Assembly (NCBI GenBank): GCA_030141605.1 | Contig: JAQGDQ010000241.1 | Span: 186,001 to 250,000, forward strand | Reading direction: 5' to 3' | Length of the DNA stretch: 64,000 bases | DNA from: Tubiluchus corallicola | Lineage: Eukaryota; Animalia; Priapulida | Shown: piece after piece, positions 45,201 to 57,200 of the stretch | Position numbering within the stretch: the stretch's first letter is position 1 | Layout of the letters: the number at the start of each line of letters is the position of its first letter | Translations under genes and position numbers: made by a program | Notes under the pieces: model-generated | What the model was told of the DNA's origin: nothing | What the model saw: the letters and a program-made list of their open reading frames with translations, nothing else | The model's database searches: none

Positions 45201-48200
45201 TTAAGCAGACTGTGTCAAGTTTAACCTCGGTAAAGTGTTATTAAATGACACAATGACTAAGCGATCGATTGCTTCTTATTGGTTTGATGTTTTTGTTGAT
45301 GCTAATTTTTACATTGTGCTGGATTAGTTTGTCTGAAGCAGAAAATTGAACACGTTTAATAAAAAATCTACATACGAAAAGTTAGTAAAATAGCATTTAT
45401 AGAGACGAGCAAAAATCTGTGTCAGGCAAGACGTAGCAGACAGATTTTGCACTGTGTTTGCCCTTTATTAGATATTTATAAATTTTTTGCAGAATAACTG
45501 CATGAGATTTAGTTATTATCAATTTATTTTGGTGGTTTTTGGTACTAACAACGACTGCACACCTGATTTCTAATAGATGACATGGTAAAATTTTAGCAAG
45601 ATATAAATCACTGCCTGGATGATGTTTGCCTGAACCATTTTAACCAGCATTTTATTATTAGTTATTTAGTTTTAAAAAAATTGCATTACTTTATTTTTTA
45701 CCTGCTTAATAAAACCTGGTGTTTATTTATCAATATTTGTTCACAGATCAGTTTGGTTTTTTACACTTCTTGAAATATCCAGTTCAAGTATTGAATATGA
45801 ATTATTATAATCATACTGTTGTAGTCATTTATACAAGCTTCTTGAACATTTTTAGTACGAAAAGCAAAATCCAGTGTCTTTTTTTAACCGTTGGGCTCGC
45901 ATCTGTGATAATTTCAAAAATGGTGAATATTTCAAGAAGTTGTTTTATGGTGGCATGAAGCACGTGCATGATACTAATGTTAACTACTATAATTTCATGG
46001 TTGTGGTCGTTGATATAAAGCAATTCTTCACTGCACGTAGCCGTCATGACAGAAAGACCTGATATTATGGACCTGCTCATCTGTAACAAAGCAGACGTAA
46101 GACTTCTTAGTGTGTAGAATATTAGACTTAATGTACTGCTTTTTAACACTTAAAAGACACAGAAAAGAAAACAGGATGATTTTTCATATTCTGTGCCATT
46201 TTGAATTGTGATAAAAATATGCTTTTTCATGTAAAAATGCCAAAGTGTTTCTGATAGTTGAATGTTAGCTCAGAAATTTAATGAACTGCGAGTGAGTATG
46301 GCTTTTGATGACATCATAACTGGATATAATTTTTAATGGTAGAAACATTTCACAATCATGCTGTACACATTTGCAGAGTGAAAATCGAAATACAGTACTA
46401 CTGCCTAGCACTGACTATGACTTGCACAACTCAGCAAATTTTAAGTTAAAAATTTGAAGACCCTTTTGTGTAGGTCACTTATAGGAAATAATGTTGTTTA
46501 TTGAAAAGTTGATTCGTTTAGTAACCTAAACTACAGTACTAAATGTTAGACCAATTTTGAACGGTTAACTTTTCTGTGTTGAAATGGAAATTCAAACTAG
46601 TTTCTCAAATTACATAACTTTTGAAACACTCGGGCTTATTTTTAAGCCTTGTCACCCAGTGTTGGACATAATCCATAAGGCATAAGCTGTGAGGAGAAAA
46701 AGCCACTTCATGAAGAATGAACGTATGCTAGGAAAGGGTCCCGGCCACACTGATAATCCAGTTGCCGTTCATCAGCCATAATCCACGGTGGGCTTCTCAC
46801 AATCCGTTTTGAATGGTTCATAAGGCACCTTTTTGCGAAAAGAATTTGGCCATTAATTTCATTTGCCGTAAGACACTTTGGGTTATCCCTAATGCGGATG
46901 TAATTAGCATGTTTGTGGTTTTCACCGTTCACAATTCATTTATGTCATAAGAATTCATAACAGGATGGTCTCATAAACATTAAAAAGTAGTTTTTAAGTG
47001 TGACATTTCAATAATACTGCAACCAGATATGTGCATTGCCGAAATGGATTATTGCAAAATGCCTTACTGTTTACACAGTAAGGAGCATGCCACTGATTAT
47101 GATATACGCCTTATGGAAGATGGAAGACACCTTGTGGCTTACGGATTATGGCTTGCCCCTTATACTTCCCTCTGTGTGACATAGGCCTTACTTGATTGTT
47201 TTCCAGCTACATGATAGCACTACTACAACATTTATAATTTTTATTAGTGCACGGAAATAAACTGCACCTTTTGTATGCATGTTTGTATGTACACCTAATG
47301 TTTGCATTTTTACTAGAACTTCATAAATTTTTACCATAAAACTAAGATAAATGGCATACGTAAGCAAAAGTCATATTTATATCCCCGTGTTGTTTGTTTG
47401 ACCGTTTTAATGAAAACATTATTCCTGCAGCATGAGACAATTAAATACTAGTAACTTTAATGTTCAATATGCATGCTTGTATATGTTTTTGCAGTTAATT
47501 TTTTATTTAGGTGAATGTTTTTAACAAGGCTGGAAATACACCGCTACACATTGCTTGCAAGCAGTGCAAAAGTGGCAATCGTTTCATCGTGCTTAAACTT
47601 CTGAAGGTGATTTAAAACCCTTACGCCTTACCAGTGGCAGCTCGTAACTAAAATTAGTGGGGGTGCTGCAAAATTAAAAAAAATTTAGCCATTGTTTTAA
47701 TACTCTGTAATACAAAACAAACATATGTAATTATAATGTTGTAATTGTAATTTTAAAAAAACAAACTAATTTAAACATAACCTTGATAAACTTCTTAAAC
47801 AAAAAATATTGTTTTCTTACGAATAGCCTAAATTGTCGCAATTCAAGAATATCCCGATACACGGCTTTTAAGCATGTGCTAACTGACAACAGTGGGTGAC
47901 AGTGAGTCTTTCTTCCTAAAGTACAATGTGTTATCTCAGAAATGAGCACATGGCCACATGCACACAGCAGCCAAACACCGTGTTGCTTGGGCTGTGAACC
48001 AAATTATACTTCCCTCACGTGCTCTGGTTCCCCACAAGTATAAAGAAATAAGTAAAGAAAAAAGATTATTATATTGAATATTATCGATATTAATGAGTGA
48101 AAACGGGGGATGCTGCAGTACCACAGTACCTATACAAGAGCCGCCACTGCACCCTACTTCATTTATCTGTTGCTACAACTAGAATTACTAGCATACTACA

Positions 48201-51200
48201 TACTTAGGACGTACGATTCTTGTAGTCTTTTAGAAGGCAGCTTGGGGTCCTCTTATTTTCATTTCTGGTTGTTGTCATCATCTTTTGTTGTTATCACGGT
48301 CATCCAGCTGCTGCTACTCTGACCAGAAAAGTTGGGAGACTATTTGGTCTTGTATTTTTCAAATATGTGCACAAGCAGAATATAAGCAAGTTCCGGCTTA
48401 AACTATTTTAAAGGTTTATCTTAAATTCTATTTTAGGCTGGGGCAAATGTGTTTAAAACTAATAAGGAAGGATACACGGCATTGGATCTTGCTGCTATGC
48501 AAAATAGTATTGGTAATAAATTATGAAAATCAACTGTTTATTTGTCTTAGTTTGCCCATTATAAAGTTGCAGAAAATCTTGTTTTGAATTGTCTGTCAGT
48601 AATACAGTTTAATTAGTTAGTACACTTCACTAGAACCAGTTTTCATGTTTCACTTTTCCCTCAGTTAATAGAAACTGTTTATTATTATTTATAGTAGTTA
48701 AATTTGATTATGAATGACATAACTCGTAGGATTATATATCAATGATTTTAACTATTTGAACTTAATTTGCTACTTAAATAGGAGTAAAAATGTCCTGAGA
48801 CTTTATAATATTGATGAAGTATCTAATAGTTAATTAGTTAATTTAATTCAAAATTGAATGTTGAGGAAATATGAAAATATATCTACTGATGAATAGGGCG
48901 CTTACGTCCTTAACCCTACCATCCCTCCCCCTTTCCTAAACAAACGAAAAAACAAAATGAACCTGACAATACTGTCTTCACCTGCTCCGGTCCATTTTAC
49001 AATAGGAGTGCATTCATGTGAAATTAATACTTTTTGGTACTCGTAACCTAGGAAATTATTATATCTTTTGATGTTGAAACATTTCAGAATCTGTTTCTTT
49101 GCTGCTTGAGTCCAATCCAGACCTCGCCTTACGATCCACATTGTCCCTCCTTGAGGCTTCGAGACTGGGCCACAGTGAAGTAGTTGAGCTGCTGCTGAAT
49201 TACGGAATGGAACCGAGCTTCATTCATCTCCAGAAAGGAACTGGACCACTACATGAGGCCATACGGAATGTTTGGTTAGTTCATTTTTTTGCATTTTTTG
49301 TTGGAATGAGCTCAAATTGTTAAATTTTTAAAACCATGATATTAACCACAAGGAAAATATGAAATTATTAGGATTGATAGCCTGGCCTGACACTTTGCTT
49401 CGTAAACATCTTTGGTTTAACTTTTTCTTTATTTCCAATCTTTTTCTTGTTCATTTTTTTGTCTTTGTCGTACATATATCACAAATTTAATAAATGTATC
49501 TTTGTGCTCGCACTACTTTCTGATCTGGTTCCCTATGTTTAGCTTTGTGCACGCTGCAGAATTAATAAATTGTAAAAGTCAACAAATAAAATCTCACTTC
49601 ATTTTATGTTCATTGTCATCAGAGAACTTAATTTTCAAAATTTTATTGAACAGTAGCTTTTTTCAATTTACGTGTAAATATGCAGCTCCAGTTCTTAATC
49701 TGTGACTTTGATGTACAATAATAACACAATTACAGTATCTTTGTAACAGCACACATTTTATTTTTGCAATTACTGTATTACAATAAAAGGACATGTTTTA
49801 TTTTGCAAAATTACGATAATATAGTAATAGCACGCATGTTATTTTGCAAGATTTTGACACATTTTACTCTTATTTCTTAATGATGTGTACTTATATCTAG
49901 TCTACCATTTTGCACAACTACAAGTTTTAAGATGTTTCATCATTGCAACCATGGTAGCTTCATTTAGTATACTGTCATACTGTATATCTGGGTAGGGATC
50001 CATCTATTCTATCATGGCTAACATATAGGTGCCCGAAAAGCAAAAAGGTTTTTATGTTCGAGTCCGAATTGAGGTGCAAAACTGTTTAGACTTTACAATA
50101 TAAACAACAATTTTTTGTTGATAGATCTCTTGTTGCTTATAAGTAAATTTCTGAGTGAAAAAGGCTAGTACCTATTAAATTTTTCGAACTATTTAATTTA
50201 ATATTGCTTTCATGGATTTATTTGGTTTGAATTAATTAGCAGATCATCAGAGTGGCTATTAGTAACAAATCTAGTGGTTTTGCAGGTACGATGTTGTGCG
50301 AGTTTTGCTGGCATTTGGTGCTAATCCCGACCTAGAAAACAGAAAAAATGAGGTAGTAACTTATTATTCTATCGCTTATCACTAACTCTAAGAATTGTAA
50401 TTTTGATTTCATTTACATCTTTCTTGTATAGAATTTTATTCTAGACCCAAAAACTAATCTAGTCAGCTAAATCTTGAAGTGAATACTTACAAATTTTGGC
50501 AGAAATCCAACTAGCAGTCCAGTCACTTTTGCTTTTCTGTTACATCTTAAAAAGTGCTTGTATGTTTAGCACATTCCTCGGTTTTGAAATATCTCTGATT
50601 AATATGTACATGGAATGAAAAAGACTTTCAAATCCGTCTGTATATGTCACCCAAAAGAATTCTGTGGTTGGTGATTTAGTTGTACTGTACTGCAGAGGAG
50701 CTAATCTTGTCTCATTAAGCATATTGGTTAGAAAAATATTCTTTCTTCTGAAATATCACTTTGCGAAACATCTTACTTACAATTAAAAAAATGCCTCCAA
50801 CACGCAAGTTAAACTTACATATTTAGGTATCATTTCTGTGGTTGTGTGGGGAACTGCTAGATCTGCTTAATAACTATTGAGAACAGTCATAGTAATTAAG
50901 GAAATGATAATGAGGCAGTTAATAACCTTATGAGAGTTGTTACAGATTGAAATATACTCATTTGCTCATTTTGTACTTGTCAAACAGAGTTCGTTTATTC
51001 TAAAAAATAAAGTAATAATGAAATTATAAACTGTGTTCTTTTTGCTGCAGATTCACTGTTTTAGACAATTATGAATAAATTATAAGTTTCACTTACATCA
51101 TTGAGCATATTTATTGCTGATTTTAGTGTATTTCTACATTTCTTAGCCATATTATAGACAAAAGAGAAATTCTAAGCCGCATCAGCTCTTGAGAAAAACA

Positions 51201-54200
51201 CAACATGCATGCTCTGCAATGTGGCCTCTCTTCCACGGCCGTAACAACAGCGTTTTAATACCAAACAATAAATTAGCTTACGAGCAAATGTATTTTCTAA
51301 GTTAAAAATATGTAATTGTTATTGCAAATTTTAACTACAAAGCTCAGGTCAAAAATCATTTGAAGAATGCAGGAAACAGTCCAGATAGTGAAATAGCTTA
51401 CTCTTGTGAATGGCTCTTAATTTGACCATATCAGCTTTTAGTTTCGGGTTTGTTTATATTAAATTAAATCTAATTTGCAAACGATTTACTTTCAATAGTT
51501 ACTGATTTAGTTTTAACTTTGGGTATTGGTTCACAAGTGATAACTGAGACGATTGTGATATGATAATGCAGAAAGGTAAATTATATGCTCGCATTAATTT
51601 GCTCATGTTGCTCATGTTTGCAGTCTAACAGCAGAAATGCTACTTTTCAAAACTTTGGGACAAAACACTTACGGTTTATCATGTTTGGAGACAATTTGGA
51701 GATCAGTGCTGCATTTAATAAAGCCAAATTTTTGGGGATTGAATATTCATACACTGCAAGCAGATTTACAGTCAAATTGAATTTTTGCCGCATTTCAAAG
51801 TGCTATAAAGCAAGTGTTTTTATAGTGCCATGTGCTGTACAATGAAAGTAAACAATTCTGTTTTAGCTAATATTGTAAATGGTAACATACTTGCATTCTT
51901 TAATATGGATCAAGTGGAGAGCAAGCTATTCGTACATTAGTTTTATTTTAACTTTGTCATTTGTATTTGTAAATATTGATATATTTTTTAATTTTTTATA
52001 TAATTATATTTTATGCAATATGGTACAAGAAGTCTGAATTAAAGGTGTTTATCTATGTCTATCTATAATAGCATCACTGGTTTGACATAGCAAAATGTGT
52101 CCCCAGCTCTTTACTGTTTTATATTACAGACACCCCGTGCTCTTCTAGCAGCTTATCCACCTATCAAAGCTGAAGCATTCATTGTACTTTTATCAGGTAA
52201 ATAAAGTACATTTTCCTGCCATTGTATTTTTATCAGGTAAATAAAGTACATGGTCCTGCCTGCCATTGTACTTTTATCAGGTAAATAAAATACATACTAC
52301 TGCATGCTGGATTACTTTACATGTACAGGTATTTTTAGGGAAAAAATACTGGTCTATATTGCCTTAGTTGGGTTGGTACGCTTATTTTTCCATGTTATTT
52401 AAAGGAAAGGACAAGTCACTTCACATCTTGAGCTTATTTTACTGCTATCACTTAAACTTAGAAAAATACAGAATGAAATTTGTGAAAAACTGCCTGTAAA
52501 GCATAAAGGTGATTTATACTACCGCTCTACAGAAATTTTCAGACTCAGTGATAGCCATTATTTTCTTGAAAATTGTGACCTTACTATTGGACTTCGTGAC
52601 TTTTCGTAAGAGCATCGGTGCTTTCTGTGAACGCGAAATGCTTAAACAAATAGAAACTTTTAGAGCCTACCCAGTGTTCATGCAAAATTATCACAAAAGC
52701 TAACAGCTATACAAAAAGTATTTTGAAGTGATGATGTTATTTTACTAATAACCTTCTTTTTTGGGTTTCCCTTTTGCGACTAGTTTCAAATAATTGCTAG
52801 CTTCTGCTGATATACTATTTAGGTTACCTGAATGTGAAATATGAATCTTATTAAAATGAATGTTATAAGCACTTGTTGTTTAAGATTATATTATCCATTA
52901 TATAGAATATGAAAATCGTCCCCGACAGCTTCCGCTGTACGCAGACTGGGATGATGAACTCGTTACTCCCCCAACACCTGTACTCATCGAAGGAAATTTG
53001 TTATTGCGACACGGTTCAGAAGGTAATAGTTGCTTTAAATGATTTTCTTTTGCAATTATTAATTTCAGTCACATCATAAACATACTGGGGAAAAAGTCCT
53101 AATTAATAACATTTTGAATTGTTTTTTCATCTTAGCTGTTTAGTATTACTTTAAAAAGCGAGATGCAGACGTTTACTTACATATGCACAACTTCAAGCAA
53201 TTGTACCTCAAAATTATCACTTCACAAGTAGATTGTGAAGCTCAAAACATACTTTTGAGACAATTAGAAGTAGTTTCTGATATTATGACCATATTAAAAA
53301 CAAATTTTCATTGTTTGGTCAAGTTGTAAAATTTTTTAGCTTTACTCTAAAGCTTCAAAACTGATTTTTTTTAGTCGCACGTATGTGGTGAGGTGTGGAT
53401 AAGGTGCCCATGCGAATATTGACGTGAGTTCGATACTCACTGTGGACAGTATCATTCATAAATCTTATAGTATCTAGACACATCCAAACATGACTGAGAC
53501 ACCTCTTCCTGTTCAGTGACTCATGTCCGAGAACTGTCCTTGATAATGAGTTAGGCTTCAGTCATGCTGCAAACATCTCCTTGAGTAGGCTCTGCATCTG
53601 ACTGCTTTCAGGCATGCTGTGTGCCGAAGTGTATAAAAATAGCACAATAAGCTATACACAACTTGGATTTGTATTCCTTTTTCAGCTTTTACTCCTTATG
53701 ATTGCAGATCTTTAGTGAGGTTTTTCAGCTTTGTACATTTGAGTTTTACTCTGTTGTTGACCAGTTACTGTTATTGTAATGTAATTAAACTTTTTTGCAT
53801 GTTAAAATAACATTTAAATTTTTGTGTTGTAGCTTCTGATATAGAAGTTATTAGTTTATTGGAGAATGAAAGACACTGGACAAGCGCCAATGACAAATTT
53901 TGTAACAGCTTCTCAGAGATGAATCCCAACACTAACATACTTGATGGTAAACTATTTTATGTAATCAAATTAGCTATCGTTCGCTCAAGACATATTGAAC
54001 AGTGATCAAGTAAAACCTAACATTTTCACTATATTAGTTTCATCTTTACTGTGGATAGGTGGCTGTAAGTGAGTGGGTGTTGCTAATATGAGAATTCAGA
54101 CCTGTTCTGCCATATGAGTTGTCGCCTTAAGTGGGACAGCATGTAGCCTGATTCCATAAAGTTCTGGATTCAAATCCTGATTTACCACTTTCTTCTTTTC

Positions 54201-57200
54201 AGTGCCTTTTTCTTTCAATTAATTAACAGTTTAATATTAATAACAGATTAATATTTGAATACATATTTCCCATTAGGTTTACTAATTCTGACTTATGTTA
54301 TATATCTATAAATCATGTAAATCACTTTACTTGGGTTATTGATGATCCAGACATTCAAACTTTAAATTAAAGACGTAATAATAATATTATAATTTTTAGA
54401 ATTTTGAAAATGTTGTTTTGTGACAATATATCAAGATGATTTAACAGCTGTAGCATTATGAGCTATCTTAGCTGTAGATTTTCATTAAAAAAAATTTCAT
54501 TGATGAGAAGATCGAACCTGCTTTCTCGGCTATTTTAACTTTAAATTTGTAATTTTGAAAGTTTGCGAATTCGGTCTCCTTTTCCATGAGATGTCTATAG
54601 TGATGCAACTCAAATAATTCTAAGGACAACTGTATATAATTCTTCTATAATCAGTACATAATCTAAAATCTGCAGTTTACTGTCAAAATTCATTTCATTG
54701 TTTATTTAACAGCAGAATCACATAGAGTGAATGAAGCTAATGTGTGATGTAACGATCTTTTACAATTACAACATGTTTTTAATGTTCAACCAGTTTTTCT
54801 CACATTGGAACAATTTTGAACTTATCTTTTTTGTTTCCATTTAGATTTTGATTCATACCATTTTCGCATAGTAAACAGTTTCAAAATGTTTTGAGCAAAA
54901 CCTACATTTTTTTCCCACACCATTTTTCAAACGGTTTGAGTATTTATGCGCTCAATGAACAAAGCGTTTTGAGGGTCTTGTATTGCTTGCTGACATCATT
55001 GGATTTTAGTGCAAAGTAGTTTGAAGTGTTTTCAAACTACCTTCCAAAAATGATTTCAAAAAGTTTGTGAAAATGTGTTATGAACTAGTGTGGGAACATG
55101 CAAAACCATTTTGAAAAATTTTTGACATGTGAAAAGGTATAACCCTTTCTGTGTACATGACTCAATTTTTTATAACCTTTGCTGGCTGTCATTTGCAGGA
55201 GATCCGTGTTCATTTTGGTTAATTCCACAAAAAGAAGACGCCTGGGTTGTGTTTGATTTTGGCAGCAGATACACACTTTCCGGAGTTCGCATTTATGGCT
55301 GGGATAGCCCTCAAATGATACGTACCGTCCATGTCCAAATTTCGCGCAGTGGCCTAGAGTAAGTTTTTGTAAAAAAATTGCATCCCTTCTTGCTGGTGTC
55401 ATTCAAAGTAATAGGCTATCACCATGGAGATTATACATTATGGCATTTCTTTGCATTTCATTGATTTGAAATTTCTTGTGTGTATTCAACTCGTGTGTAT
55501 TCAACTCTATGTTTATGGTGCGAATGGAGCCTGACTTTTCAAGAATAACTTTCTAAAATGAACTACTAAACCGAAAGAGGTATTACCGCCACATTCGGAT
55601 ATGTATGCATCGTCTCCCTACGAAGTAAACAGAATCAGCATTGGGACTGAAACCACCAGAGCAAATATTGAACCCAAGTGTGATGGGCTTTTATTACACA
55701 GGGCCTCATACTGCCTTAACCCTTTCACACAAAGTTCTGATTGTTTGATTAAAAGGATAAATTTTGTAGTAGTTGCTGTTACCATTTTGCCACTTCCACC
55801 ATGCATTATATTTTTCTTGGATTTCACGTAAAACTGTATATTACAGGTGTGCTTTTTTTATTTCGTTTTAGTGGCAGTTACGTGACAGTTGCATCATTTG
55901 TCTGCCGGCGATTAGGTTGTGATGATCCAGCTGATCCAGGTAACGCATAAGAACTATCATTAAAAATACACAATATTGCTACTTCTACACTTTGCAGAAA
56001 AACCCTTTTCGCAGTTTTACTATGTACACGTGAAGTTGCAGTTTAGGTTGTAGTTCAAACTTTAGCTTGGTATTTGACCACCTCATTCATGTATGAGACT
56101 GCTGGTCAATGTTGAGTAGTAGTGCTACTGTTGTAGTGCCACTACATATGTAGCGTCACAACTAAAATTAAAAACACTGGAGTAGTGTTACTAATGATCT
56201 TGCACACAGTGATACAAATCTTTAATGTGTCACTAGCCTCCTTGTTGATCATCCCTTTAATGTGCCCTTTCATTTTGCAGTGTGCTATGTCAATGATGAT
56301 CGGAAGTTGTGGCAAGATGAATGTAGTGGCTATTGTATTTTCATACAGTAATTATAGTTGCAACAACTACTTTTTTAAAAAAAGTAATTGTAGCGGTAGC
56401 TCTACTACTATAGTAATAACTGTATCTGTAGTGATACTATATTTTAAATGTAACTGAACCAACACTGCTGCTGATACTCTGATGTGACTATGACCTGATT
56501 GCACTTGAAAACACATTTGGAATTTCAAAAGTACCACATGTAATGCAAGTTTTTTGTGCAGAATTTAATGAACATCAATATAAGATAAGCTGGTAGCTAA
56601 ATTGAATTGTTTAACTAATATTAATGTAAATCTAACATGATTGTCTTTTCCGAAGTTTTTCGTTGTGAATAAACATCCCTTCAACTGCCATAACAACAAA
56701 AGCTTGGCATTATCCATGCACACAAACCATTCGCTGTTTTGTACAAGGTACTAATAATGCTGACATCACTTTCACAATCATCGTCAATTGCTGGAGCTCT
56801 GAAAGTGGTCTAAGTAGTCTTCGTTGCAGCAATTTGTATAGAAAGCTCATAGTAAGCTGTTGATGAGGGCTAGCATTTGCTTTATTATTTGTTGACAGGC
56901 ATTTTGTCTATTTGCATTGGCTTCTCAATGGATTAAACCGAAAAAGTTGATAATTTCTCAATTCGATGCAACTTTGTTGCCAGTTAGTATCATAAAAACT
57001 CATGAAAAGGAAATTATTTCAAAATTGTTTTATTTCTATAGCCGCTCCTCAGGATTTTCATGGATTTCGGGAAACGTCCCGTTACTGGAGACTGCTGATC
57101 GTCGATGGTCATGGCGGTCGCTGCATGTGCTTTCAGGTATTATTAGTGTATTAAGATACGAAATTTACTACATTGTGACAGCTCTATCAGAATGGGTAAT

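Noticed and set aside
46660-47160. Possible MITE with cataatccRtaag ends and an internal 74-aa ORF
   Set aside because: TIRs too degenerate, no TSD, and the ORF has no recognisable motif.
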